This document shows positions 7,407 to 16,520 of a stretch of 61,862 nucleotides of DNA, in pieces; the stretch's first letter is position 1, and every line of letters starts with the position of its first letter. The notes under the pieces were generated by a model, which searched no databases, was not told where the DNA came from, and worked only from the letters and a program-made list of their open reading frames with translations. The DNA is from a virus (lineage: Duplodnaviria > Caudoviricetes), in IMG/VR virus record IMGVR_UViG_3300033141_002737, positions 1 through 61,862 of that record. One strand, 5' to 3'. A program made the translations under genes and the position numbers.

Positions 7407-8624
7407 ATGAGTAAGAAAGATTTTTATAATTGGTGGGTTAAAAACGGAAGTAAAGGTAGAGATAAAGCTTATAAATTATTTAAAGAACAGAATTACCCAG
7501 TAAAGAATATTAATTATTGTGATGTAGAGAGCTATGTTAGGGAATTTAAAGGAATTCAGGAAGTATCTCCTAAGATATTACAAGAGAAGAAAGAGAAGCC
7601 CAAACCCAAAGAAAGAGCATTTACAGAACCAGAATTACAAATTACTCATCTTAAAAATCAAATAAAAATAAAAGAATCTGAAGTTAGAACATTACAAAAT
7701 ATAGCTGCATCTGATTTAGCTATAGTTAAATTATTTGAAAATGCTATAGATAAATTTAAACCAAATCCTATAATACTATCTCGAAGTAAAAATAAAATAG
7801 ATGATGAGGAAATAGTAAGTTTATTATCAGATATACATTATGGGGAAGTTGTATCATCAGAGGCTATGATGGATTTTAATAGTTATGATACCTCAATAGC
7901 GGAAAAAAGATTAAATATTTGGTATAATAACATAAAAATTATTTTAAATAAATTAAATAGTTGTAATGTTAAGAAGATCAATTTAATGATGTTAGGGGAT
8001 ATGGTTAATGGTAATATTCATGAAGAGCTTAAATCTGGAACGTGTGAAGTAGACCAAGTTATAAATTTAGCAGAAATTATAGCGCAAATAATAATGGATT
8101 TATCAAAAGATTTTGAATTAGTTGTTAGTGGGGTTATTGGTAATCATGGACGTATGACTAAAAAACCATCATTTAAAAAGAAATATAATAATTTTGATTA
8201 TCTTGTTTATAAATTTATTGAAACAAGATGTCAAAATCTAAACAATGTCGAGTTTCTTTTTCCAAAAGCTGGTATGTTATTACAAAAAATACAAAATCAT
8301 AATTTTTTATTAAGACATGGCGATTCAAAAATTCAATCTTATGCTGGAATACCTTTTTATGGTATACAAAGAGCATCAAATAAAATTACACAAACTATGG
8401 CTTATTTTAAGGATGTTTTTATAAATTATGAAGTGTTAGGGCATTTTCATACAACAAATACTCTTGAAAAAGCAGGAGGTTCAATTATTATGAATGGATG
8501 TATTAAGGGAGGGGATGAGTATGCACTAGAGGCAATGATGACAGGTTCAGAGGCTAAGCAAACTATATTTGGAGTGCATAAGGAATATGGTAAGACGTGG
8601 ACTTATGATGTACATTGCATGTAA
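7407..8624 (+). CDS. calcineurin-like metallophosphoesterase with N-terminal coiled coil
   Basis: SDIHYG, LGDMVNG, GNHGR, HGD and GHFH motifs. Confidence 0.85.
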   Translation: MSKKDFYNWWVKNGSKGRDKAYKLFKEQNYPVKNINYCDVESYVREFKGIQEVSPKILQEKKEKPKPKERAFTEPELQITHLKNQIKIKESEVRTLQNIAASDLAIVKLFENAIDKFKPNPIILSRSKNKIDDEEIVSLLSDIHYGEVVSSEAMMDFNSYDTSIAEKRLNIWYNNIKIILNKLNSCNVKKINLMMLGDMVNGNIHEELKSGTCEVDQVINLAEIIAQIIMDLSKDFELVVSGVIGNHGRMTKKPSFKKKYNNFDYLVYKFIETRCQNLNNVEFLFPKAGMLLQKIQNHNFLLRHGDSKIQSYAGIPFYGIQRASNKITQTMAYFKDVFINYEVLGHFHTTNTLEKAGGSIIMNGCIKGGDEYALEAMMTGSEAKQTIFGVHKEYGKTWTYDVHCM

Positions 8625-8677
8625 TCCGTACTATTATATAAAATAAAGAAAATAATCATTATTAAAGGAGGGTAGGA

Positions 8678-8914
8678 ATGCCTATAATCGAACAAGTTCC
8701 AGAATTAGAAGTAACCCAAAGAGATTTAGAAATTTTAACTCTAGTTAAAGCAGGATACTCTAATATAGAGATGACTAAGATATTATTCATATCAGAAAGC
8801 ACTATTAAAACTCATCTAAGTCGTTTATATCTAGACTTTAATGTACATAGTAGATATGAATTAATTATATACCTTTGGAAATATGGAATTCCAAATATAA
8901 GAAGGAAAGGATAA
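8678..8914 (+). CDS. LuxR-type HTH transcriptional regulator
   Basis: TQRDLEILTLVKAGYSNIEMTKILFISESTIKTHL. Confidence 0.85.
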   Translation: MPIIEQVPELEVTQRDLEILTLVKAGYSNIEMTKILFISESTIKTHLSRLYLDFNVHSRYELIIYLWKYGIPNIRRKG

Positions 8915-9115
8915 ATAAATGTGCATATATTATGAGACTTTTTATGATATTATAGTTATTCCTTCAGCTACTATGGATAATAGTCCAATGTACACCCTAA
9001 AAGAATATAAAACTATATTAAGACAAAAGGAAGAGAAACTTTTCCAAAAATTATGTGATCAAAATCAATTATATAGAGAGTTTACAAGGAACCATTAAAA
9101 TGAGAGGAAAAATTT

Positions 9116-9334
9116 ATGAACAAGGTATTTGAAATTATTATTAACACAATTCAGACAGTAGAAAAAGAAATCGGTTCAGGGCAAGGAGAAACAAAAAAGG
9201 AAAAAGCTGTTAATATAATTAATAACTTGATTGATATTCCCATTATTCCTGAATTTCTTGAAGAAAAGGTTTTTAGTCTAATTATTGATTTAGTTGTATT
9301 CATTTTTAATAAATATGAAATCTTCAAAAAATAA
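9116..9334 (+). CDS. holin-like small protein
   Basis: VEKEIGSGQGETKKEKAV motif resembles LL-H-type holins. Confidence 0.4.
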   Translation: MNKVFEIIINTIQTVEKEIGSGQGETKKEKAVNIINNLIDIPIIPEFLEEKVFSLIIDLVVFIFNKYEIFKK

Positions 9335-9383
9335 AATTAGCTTATAATCCAATAAGAAAGCATTTTATAAGGAGTCATTAAAT

Positions 9384-9574
9384 ATGGATCCATATTTTGT
9401 AAGTGGATTAATTATTATAAATTTAATTATGTATTATGGGTACAAAAAATTTAATTTAAAGGATTATTAAAAATGACAGATATTTATATAATAAAACTAG
9501 CTTTTTTATGTATTGCTCTAATAGCTATATTATATTATGTATATAAAGAGTATAAAGAATTTAAGAAATTATAG
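9384..9574 (+). CDS. two tandem tiny membrane peptides (9384..9470, 28 aa; 9473..9574, 33 aa)
   Basis: Hand translation; AAGGAG and AAGGA RBS; each has one hydrophobic helix and a basic C-terminus. Confidence 0.45.
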
Positions 9575-9583
9575 AGGATTATA

Positions 9584-11143
9584 ATGTTTAATTTTTTAAA
9601 CAGAAAATCGAATAAGAAATCTAAGGATTTACATAGAAATAATAATAATATATATATTAGTAATGAAATTGCTACAAGAGATAGAGTAGACTTTACCAGT
9701 TTGTTAGGTTATCTTCCAGATCCAGATGAAATATTGCTTAATACTGGAAATACTTTTGATGTATATAGGAAATTAATGGTAGATTCTCAAATTAGAGCTT
9801 GTTCTAATAGTAGAAAGGCTGGTACCAAATCTTTGCTTTGGGATATAGATAAAGGGAAGGAAAATAAATCTAAATATACAAAAATTATAAAAGATTTCTA
9901 TGAACGTGATTTGGATATAGATAGTATGAATGATGCTATACTTAATGCTCCATTATTCGGGTTTCAACCTATTGAAATTATATGGGGTAGAATTGGAGAA
10001 TATATCTTACCTATAGAATTAAAACCAAAGAATCCAGAATGGTTCATGTTTGGCCCTAAAGGAGAATTAAAATTATTAACTCCAGGTAATTTCCTAACTG
10101 GAGAGGATTTACCTCAAAGGAAATTCTTAACGCCTACTTATAACGATATTAATAATAATTATTATAATCCTTATGGAGATAGATTACTTTCTAGTTGTTT
10201 CTGGCCAGCTACATTTAAGAAATCTGGATATAAATGGTGGGTAACATTCACAGAAAAATACGGAATGCCTTATATAATAGGAAAATTACCTGCAGGACAA
10301 GATCAAGAACGTCAAGGAATGTTAGATAATCTAAAAGCTATGGCAATGGATGCGGTAGCAGTTATCTCAGACGACGCTAGTGTAGAAGTCACAGGAATAA
10401 CAGGTTCATCTAATAATGCAGAATTATATAGAACCTTAATTGAATCTTGTGATGCTGCCATAGCTAAGACATTATTAGGACAGACATTAACAACAGAAGG
10501 ATCTGATAAAGGTGTAGGTTCACAAGCTTTAGGAAGAGTTCATTCTGGGATAAGGGATGATATTATACTATCAGATAAGAAATTAGTAGAGAACACACAT
10601 AATAAACTCATTCGTTGGATAGCTGAAATAAATTTCGGAATAGATACAGATCTTCCAAAATTTGAGATGTTTGAAGAAGAAGATGTTGATTTAGATTTAG
10701 CACAAAGAGATAAAATCCTTAAAGATACTGGAGTTAAATTCACAAAATCTTATATAATGAGAACATACGGATTTGAAGAGGATGATATTGAAGAGGTAGA
10801 AAGTGTTCCAGAATCTAAAGATGGGTTTAAACCTGAAGAACCTAATTCAGAGGATAAACTTAAAGAAGATAAAGAGAGTGAATTTGCAGAAAAGGGTGAA
10901 TATTATACAGATCAAATAATTAAGCAATTTTCAGATATTCAATTACAAAGTCAAATAAAAGAAGCCCTTAGTCCTGTGTTTAAGCTAATTAATTCCGCTA
11001 ATGAGTATAATGAAGTGTTAAAAGCATTAGATGGGCTTAATCCGACGATGTCTACTGTAGATATTGAAAAGCACTTAACTAAAGTATTATTTATAGCGGA
11101 ATTACTTGGAAGTAAGGATGCTAGAGATGAGGTAATTAAGTAA
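9584..11143 (+). CDS. portal protein (Mu gp29/DUF935-like)
   Basis: LPDPDEIL, NPYG..LLS..FWP..FK, FTEKYGMP, LLGQTLTT and SQALGRVH motifs. Confidence 0.92.
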   Translation: MFNFLNRKSNKKSKDLHRNNNNIYISNEIATRDRVDFTSLLGYLPDPDEILLNTGNTFDVYRKLMVDSQIRACSNSRKAGTKSLLWDIDKGKENKSKYTKIIKDFYERDLDIDSMNDAILNAPLFGFQPIEIIWGRIGEYILPIELKPKNPEWFMFGPKGELKLLTPGNFLTGEDLPQRKFLTPTYNDINNNYYNPYGDRLLSSCFWPATFKKSGYKWWVTFTEKYGMPYIIGKLPAGQDQERQGMLDNLKAMAMDAVAVISDDASVEVTGITGSSNNAELYRTLIESCDAAIAKTLLGQTLTTEGSDKGVGSQALGRVHSGIRDDIILSDKKLVENTHNKLIRWIAEINFGIDTDLPKFEMFEEEDVDLDLAQRDKILKDTGVKFTKSYIMRTYGFEEDDIEEVESVPESKDGFKPEEPNSEDKLKEDKESEFAEKGEYYTDQIIKQFSDIQLQSQIKEALSPVFKLINSANEYNEVLKALDGLNPTMSTVDIEKHLTKVLFIAELLGSKDARDEVIK

Positions 11144-11144
11144 T

Positions 11145-11342
11145 TTATATATTTATTTTTAATAATTTAATTTGATCTAATAACATCTTTACCTGACCGG
11201 CTTTATATAATAAAGCTTCTACATATACAGTAGACTTTCTATTACTATCTATAAATTCAGTTCGTGTTCTTTCATCGACTTGAATTAATTCTTGTTGTAC
11301 AGCTATTAAAAGTTCTTTACAGGCTTCTCGAATTTTATCCAT
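11145..11342 (-). CDS. small hypothetical protein (antisense cassette)
   Basis: ORF track; AAGGAG RBS. Confidence 0.65.
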   Translation of the reverse strand: MDKIREACKELLIAVQQELIQVDERTRTEFIDSNRKSTVYVEALLYKAGQVKMLLDQIKLLKINI

Positions 11343-11355
11343 TTTAAATACTCCT

Positions 11356-11547
11356 TTAATTTAATTCTTGAGAATCAAATTCATATTCTTTGCCCTCTAC
11401 AGGGATAGTACCTGCTTGTACATTTTTTAGAGCTATAGTTTGAGCCAATTGCTTATTGTATCCAGCTACTGTAATTATTTGTTCCTTATAGTAAATATCG
11501 GCTATTACTTTTATTTTGTATTTTTGAGGTTTAGCTAATTTATTCAT
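11356..11547 (-). CDS. small hypothetical protein (antisense cassette)
   Basis: ORF track; AAGGAG RBS. Confidence 0.65.
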   Translation of the reverse strand: MNKLAKPQKYKIKVIADIYYKEQIITVAGYNKQLAQTIALKNVQAGTIPVEGKEYEFDSQELN

Positions 11548-11560
11548 TTAAAATTACTCC

Positions 11561-11704
11561 TTAAAGTATTGAACATAGAACTACTATACAACCTATGAAT
11601 ATTGTATATACTAAAATTAAAAACATTATAAAACCCATATTGCATGCAGCATCTTTTAAATCATCAAAAAATTCTATAAGTTTAATGTTTAAGGGTTTAT
11701 TCAT
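11561..11704 (-). CDS. small membrane protein (47 aa)
   Basis: Hand translation; AAAGGAG RBS; C-terminal hydrophobic helix. Confidence 0.55.
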   Translation of the reverse strand: MNKPLNIKLIEFFDDLKDAACNMGFIMFLILVYTIFIGCIVVLCSIL

Positions 11705-11716
11705 ATATTACTCCTT

Positions 11717-11905
11717 TCAATTATTTAATCCAATAATTTTTTCATAATATTTACAAATTTGTTTTCTTTGGGTTACTTTCTTTCCTGTTAATTTACATTC
11801 AGATTTATTATAAGGTTGAGTGTATACAAGAAAAAAATATGGATCATAATATTTACAATCTTTGCATATAGGTTCTTTATTAGTTATCCTATCATTTATT
11901 TTCAT
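11717..11905 (-). CDS. small Cys-rich protein (CxxC...C...C)
   Basis: ORF track 11717..11956; ATG at 11905 overlaps the upstream gene end and is the likelier start. Confidence 0.55.
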   Translation of the reverse strand: MKINDRITNKEPICKDCKYYDPYFFLVYTQPYNKSECKLTGKKVTQRKQICKYYEKIIGLNN

Positions 11906-12020
11906 AAACATTCCATTCCTTCCAATATGGACATTCAGTATTATTACATAGTTCACAATTCCAAGTAGCTGAATGATATTTAGATTCGGCTTCTATAGGT
12001 TTAGGGATACAATCATTCAT
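11892..12020 (-). CDS. small Cys-rich protein (42 aa, ...WNCELCNNTECPYW...)
   Basis: Hand translation; AAGGTGG RBS; tiles between its neighbours. Confidence 0.5.
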   Translation of the reverse strand: MNDCIPKPIEAESKYHSATWNCELCNNTECPYWKEWNVYENK

Positions 12021-12507
12021 TATTCAACCACCTTATATTTCGTATTCGCTGCTCATTATCTATATAAGATTCTCGATTAGGTATTTTAATTCCTTCATTT
12101 AATTTACGTATTACAATTATAGATAACTTACACTTATCCTTTAAGGCACTAAATTCGTTATTATAACAACCTTCACATTTATAATTTCTTTGATAACAAT
12201 GTAATTCAGATTCCAAAAGATAATCCCGCTTAAATGAGGTGATATTTCCAAATCTTGAATCCAGTCTAGTATTCCAATCCTTTACAAATTCATCTGGATT
12301 ATTAATTACTATACAAGTTCTTATATAATACTTTTGGCGTAATTTATCATAACAGGGTAATTTAATTAAGCTCTTATATTTAGCGTATAAAGCTTTATTT
12401 AATATGGTGCGCATATAACTAGGAGCATTTCGAATTAAAGTTTTGAAATACATTTTTTCAAAATATCCTTGAGATATAAAATCATTTACAGTTAAATTTT
12501 CAATCAT
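12013..12507 (-). CDS. hypothetical protein with C-terminal Cys cluster (CY...CEGC...C)
   Basis: ORF track. Confidence 0.65.
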   Translation of the reverse strand: MIENLTVNDFISQGYFEKMYFKTLIRNAPSYMRTILNKALYAKYKSLIKLPCYDKLRQKYYIRTCIVINNPDEFVKDWNTRLDSRFGNITSFKRDYLLESELHCYQRNYKCEGCYNNEFSALKDKCKLSIIVIRKLNEGIKIPNRESYIDNEQRIRNIRWLNNE

Positions 12508-12524
12508 AATTAAAATTAATCCTT

Positions 12525-12779
12525 TTATAGTACAAGAGAAGAATAATCAAAATCCTTATGTAAAATATTATTTATTAATATGCGTTCTAATGAATGGGAT
12601 GATCTATCTAAAGAGAACATAGGTAAGTGTCTAATATAGTCCATATTAAAATCATTATTTCTAAGAATCATTAATGCTTGTCGTCTTTTACAATTTAAGT
12701 AAGAATTTGATTTTAATTTCTTACAATTTGAATTACAATAAGTATTGCAAAAATGTTTACCTTCTATATCAATACTCAT
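12525..12779 (-). CDS. small Cys-rich hypothetical protein
   Basis: ORF track; CxxxCxxxC...C. Confidence 0.6.
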   Translation of the reverse strand: MSIDIEGKHFCNTYCNSNCKKLKSNSYLNCKRRQALMILRNNDFNMDYIRHLPMFSLDRSSHSLERILINNILHKDFDYSSLVL

Positions 12780-12803
12780 AAATAGAATTTTCCTTTAATT
12801 TAT

Positions 12804-12950
12804 TTAATCTTGAGCGAAGTGTATATCATTCTCTAGCATAAGAATATAATTTTTTATTAATCCTTTTTGTATTTTATTATCTTCACTAAGAAGACTTAAT
12901 TTTTGCTCTTCAATCATTGCTCTTAATGTTGATTTTTTTAATTTATACAT
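12804..12950 (-). CDS. first gene of the cassette (48 aa, MYKLKKSTLRAMIEEQ...)
   Basis: Hand translation; AAAGGA RBS directly behind promoter copy 3. Confidence 0.55.
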   Translation of the reverse strand: MYKLKKSTLRAMIEEQKLSLLSEDNKIQKGLIKNYILMLENDIHFAQD

Positions 12951-12982
12951 TTTTATGTTTCCTTTGTTTAACTTATATTTTA

Positions 12983-13034
12983 ATTATAAATTATAAAATT
13001 GTATTTTACAAGTGTTTTATTACGAGTTATTAAG
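12983..13034 (-). promoter_or_regulatory. repeated early promoter element, copy 3
   Basis: TTGTAA 13011-13006, 17 bp, TATAAT 12988-12983. Confidence 0.85.
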
Positions 13035-13057
13035 TTTAATTTATAAAGGTATAATAA

Positions 13058-13750
13058 ATGCCAAGTAAAGTAGAAATAGCAGCCTTATTTAAACTCCCTC
13101 CAGAGAAGATTATAGAATACCTAAAAGACAAGGATTATATAGTAACTCAAAATTGGCAAGAGTTATTAGAACGTTCAGAAAATAGAGCCTTCACTATTGC
13201 AGGAGTAATGAAAAAGGATATTCTTAAGGATGCTAAAGGAATTATAGATAAATCCATAGAAGAAGGTAAATCCTTTCATGCGTTTCAAAAAGAATTTAAA
13301 CCTAGAATGCAAGTTAAGGGTTGGGAAGTATCTACACATAGACTTAAAACTATATATAGAGTTAATACCGATATAGCTTATTCTACTGGAAGATACAGAG
13401 AACAAGAAGCCGTCAAAGAGTATGCGCCTTATTGGCAATATATAGCTGTAATGGATAGTAATACTAGACCCACTCATGCTGATTGGAATGGTTTAGTTTT
13501 TAAGGCCGATGATCCATTTTGGGATTATGCCTACCCTCCTAATGGATTTAATTGTAGATGTACGGTAAGAACATATACAGAAAGACGATTTGAAAGAGTA
13601 AATTTACCTATAGAGGATTCTAAAGGTAAAATTAAGACTGAAACTGTAGAGATAGCTGGAAAATCAATTAAAACTAAATCTTATAAAGGTAAGGTTATAG
13701 ATCCAGGATGGGACTATAATCCAGGAAAAGAATATTTAAAGGTTAAATAA
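13058..13750 (+). CDS. head morphogenesis protein (Mu gpF/SPP1 gp7-like)
   Basis: RAFTIAG, RLKTIYRVN, YIAVMDSNTRPTH and YPPNGFNCRC motifs. Confidence 0.92.
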   Translation: MPSKVEIAALFKLPPEKIIEYLKDKDYIVTQNWQELLERSENRAFTIAGVMKKDILKDAKGIIDKSIEEGKSFHAFQKEFKPRMQVKGWEVSTHRLKTIYRVNTDIAYSTGRYREQEAVKEYAPYWQYIAVMDSNTRPTHADWNGLVFKADDPFWDYAYPPNGFNCRCTVRTYTERRFERVNLPIEDSKGKIKTETVEIAGKSIKTKSYKGKVIDPGWDYNPGKEYLKVK

Positions 13751-13754
13751 AGTT

Positions 13755-14285
13755 ATGGTAGATAAATTTACTACATTAATAGAAGATGCTAAATTAAGAG
13801 CATATTTTAGTCAGATAAAACAAAAGGGGTTAAATCCTAAACCCTTAATGGAAAAATTAGGTACGATTGTTTTTCAAGCAGTGGAGGAAAATTTTAGTCA
13901 ACAAGGAAGACCAAAATGGGCATCCTTAACTTCTAAAACTTTAGAATCTAGAGCTGAAAAGGGTTACACAGGACCAATATTGCAAAGAACTGGAACTTTA
14001 AAACGATCTATTACAAAGAAAATAACGGATACATCCGCAATAGTAGGAACTACATTAGACTATGCGGCTATACATCATTTTGGAGGAAAGATTAATCATC
14101 CTGGTGGAACAAAATATGGATATTACAAAGGAGGAGGTTTTGGATGGAAAAAGAAAAGCAATCCAAAATATATTGGAATAACAAAACCACATAATATAGA
14201 TATGAAAGCAAGACCTTTTGTTCATGTAATGGCTGAGGATATAAATGAAATGGTAGAAGAAACAGGAAAATTTTTAATAGATTAA
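13755..14285 (+). CDS. virion morphogenesis protein (Mu gpG / tail completion S-like)
   Basis: ILQRTGTLKRSI, VGTTLDYAAIHHFGG and ARPF motifs. Confidence 0.88.
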   Translation: MVDKFTTLIEDAKLRAYFSQIKQKGLNPKPLMEKLGTIVFQAVEENFSQQGRPKWASLTSKTLESRAEKGYTGPILQRTGTLKRSITKKITDTSAIVGTTLDYAAIHHFGGKINHPGGTKYGYYKGGGFGWKKKSNPKYIGITKPHNIDMKARPFVHVMAEDINEMVEETGKFLID

Positions 14286-14320
14286 TAAATATAGTAAATA
14301 CGAAAAGGAGGAACTAATTA

Positions 14321-15655
14321 ATGCCATACACAATAACTAATTTACCCTCTCAAGCTAAAGGGTTAACAGAGGATCAAAAGAAAAAATTTGTAGATATAGT
14401 TAACGCCTTATTAAAGGAGGATATGGAAGAAGGAAAAGCAATAGCTGTAGCACTTTCTAGGGCTAAACAACCTAGAGCTTATCGTAATCAGAGAACGAAT
14501 ATGTCAGAATTCTTTGAAAATCAGTGGGTTGAGGTTTTTAGTGTAGGAGAACAAACTGATGCTAATGGAAATACTCGAGAATGGACAGATGCTGATTTAA
14601 ATAAGATTGTATCTAATTATAAAACAAATAAGCACGAGGCGCCTTTAGTTGTAGGGCATCCAAAAGAAAATGCGCCTGCATTTGGCTGGGTGGAAGAACT
14701 TAAAACCGATGGAAAATTATTATTTGCTAAATTTAGGCAATTAGTTCCTGAGTTTGTAGATGCAGTTAAACAAGGAATGTATAAAAAGCGTTCAATAAGT
14801 TTATATCCTGATTTAACATTAAGGCATATAGGCTTTTTAGGCGCAGTTCCACCGGCTGTTAAGGGGTTGGCTGATATAAAGTTTAAAGAACAAATAGAAT
14901 CTATAATAATAGAGTTTAATGAATTAAATAATGAAAAAGGAGACATTGACATGACAGAAGAACAAATCAAAGAATTATTAAAAGAGGCTCTTAAAGTGCA
15001 AAAAGAAACTTTAGATAGTGAATTTGCAGAGCAGTTTAAAAAATTAGAGGAGGCTAATACTAAACTTTCCGATGAGTTAGATACATTTAAAGAAAAGAAA
15101 GCCAATACACCTAATTTAAAACCCGAAGACAAAAAACCTGAAGATAAAGATTTTGAAAATTTAAAACTTAATCAAGATGAGTTCAAAGAAGCTTCAGTTA
15201 AGGTAGCTATAGAATTAGCGGAATTAAAGAAAGATAACACTTTTCTTATTGCTCAAAACAAGGCCACTGAATTAAAGAATAGAGTTAGCGAATATAAAGA
15301 GTTTGTGAATGAATTACATTCTAATGGTAAAATTGTTTCAGATACTCAATCTGAAATTGTAGATTTGATGGAAGCTTTGCATCAACTTGGAGAAGTTAAT
15401 TTTGCAGAAGGAAAAGAAAATGCTTTGACTAAATTTAAGGAATATCTTAATAAGCAACCTAAATTAGTGGAATTTGAGGAAAAGGCAAATAAACCAAAAG
15501 TTTTAGATACTAAATCCGCTGATTTTCAACTTAATAAATTAGCCGAAGAGAAGGTTAAAGCTAATGAGGGTATGAGTTTCACAGAAGCTTTAGGACAAGT
15601 GCAGGAAGAAAATCCAGAACTTGCTCAAAGATTAGTAGTTGAAATTGACAGTTAA
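14321..15655 (+). CDS. prohead protease/scaffold (Mu gpI-like) with N-terminal ChaB-like extension
   Basis: APLVVGHP, PAFGWV, YKKRSISL and HIGFLGAVPPAVKGL motifs; coiled-coil C-terminal half. Confidence 0.88.
   Translation: MPYTITNLPSQAKGLTEDQKKKFVDIVNALLKEDMEEGKAIAVALSRAKQPRAYRNQRTNMSEFFENQWVEVFSVGEQTDANGNTREWTDADLNKIVSNYKTNKHEAPLVVGHPKENAPAFGWVEELKTDGKLLFAKFRQLVPEFVDAVKQGMYKKRSISLYPDLTLRHIGFLGAVPPAVKGLADIKFKEQIESIIIEFNELNNEKGDIDMTEEQIKELLKEALKVQKETLDSEFAEQFKKLEEANTKLSDELDTFKEKKANTPNLKPEDKKPEDKDFENLKLNQDEFKEASVKVAIELAELKKDNTFLIAQNKATELKNRVSEYKEFVNELHSNGKIVSDTQSEIVDLMEALHQLGEVNFAEGKENALTKFKEYLNKQPKLVEFEEKANKPKVLDTKSADFQLNKLAEEKVKANEGMSFTEALGQVQEENPELAQRLVVEIDS
14951..15655 (+). CDS. scaffold protein from an in-frame internal start (Mu gpZ-like)
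   Basis: AAAGGAG then ATG at 14951, in frame with the protease. Confidence 0.65.
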   Translation: MTEEQIKELLKEALKVQKETLDSEFAEQFKKLEEANTKLSDELDTFKEKKANTPNLKPEDKKPEDKDFENLKLNQDEFKEASVKVAIELAELKKDNTFLIAQNKATELKNRVSEYKEFVNELHSNGKIVSDTQSEIVDLMEALHQLGEVNFAEGKENALTKFKEYLNKQPKLVEFEEKANKPKVLDTKSADFQLNKLAEEKVKANEGMSFTEALGQVQEENPELAQRLVVEIDS

Positions 15656-15718
15656 ATTCTTAATAGTTTAATTACGGATAGTGTATATTAGTTATAAAAA
15701 ATAAGGAGATTAAAAATT

Positions 15719-16462
15719 ATGGCATATCAAAGTTCACCAGTATTAGATTTTAGTTTCGAAGCTGCTGAAGATTTAAGTAGCTATCAATATCAGTTTGTAA
15801 AAATTGATACATCTGGGAAAGTTAGACTACTCAATTCAGCTGTTGAGTTACCTGATGGGATATTACAAAATGATCCAGCTTCTGGAGAAGAAGCAACGGT
15901 AAGAATGTTAGGAATTTCAAAAGTAGCTGCTAATGGTGCTCTTGACGAGGGAACGTTTATTAAACCTGAATATGTTAGCGGCACGGACTGTGGAAAAGCA
16001 GCTGATGCGGTTGCGGAAAAGGGAATGATTTGCGGGCGGATTGTTGATGCTTCATCAGCAGAAGACGACCTTGCAAGTGTCTTTCTTACTCCTTACATCG
16101 GAGTCTCAAAGAATAAATTAGTTGTTACTACAGATGACACCGCTGGAGTATCAACCTATACAGCAGCTCAGGTTCTGGGCGGGTTAATCTTAAGAGATCC
16201 TGCAGGCGGCGCCCGTTCTGATGTTACTCCGACAGCTGTTTTATTATTAGCTGCAATGGAAAATCCTCAAGTTGAAGATTCTTTTGAATTTACTATAAGA
16301 AATACAGCGGATGCGGCTGAAACTATTACAGTCACAGCAGGTGTAGGTGTAACTTTAGAGGGAACAATGACTATTGCACAAAATAATACAAAACGTTTCT
16401 TATGTGTAGTCACAGCCTCAACCACAGTCACTATATATAGTTTAGGAACAGTAGTTCATTAA
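15719..16462 (+). CDS. capsid cement/decoration protein (DUF2190-like N-terminus plus an extra C-terminal domain)
   Basis: AAEDLS..QYQFVK...GILQNDP.SGE.A.V...GISKV; lies between protease and capsid. Confidence 0.75.
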   Translation: MAYQSSPVLDFSFEAAEDLSSYQYQFVKIDTSGKVRLLNSAVELPDGILQNDPASGEEATVRMLGISKVAANGALDEGTFIKPEYVSGTDCGKAADAVAEKGMICGRIVDASSAEDDLASVFLTPYIGVSKNKLVVTTDDTAGVSTYTAAQVLGGLILRDPAGGARSDVTPTAVLLLAAMENPQVEDSFEFTIRNTADAAETITVTAGVGVTLEGTMTIAQNNTKRFLCVVTASTTVTIYSLGTVVH

Positions 16463-16520
16463 TTTTAAAATAGGAATATAAAATATTTTAAATTAAATGC
16501 AAAATTAAGGAGATTATATT

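Noticed and set aside
11141-13045. TAATTTATA at both ends of the portal/gpF cassette as a target-site duplication
   Set aside because: The right copy is part of the conserved element end, and a 9-bp A/T match is unremarkable at this composition
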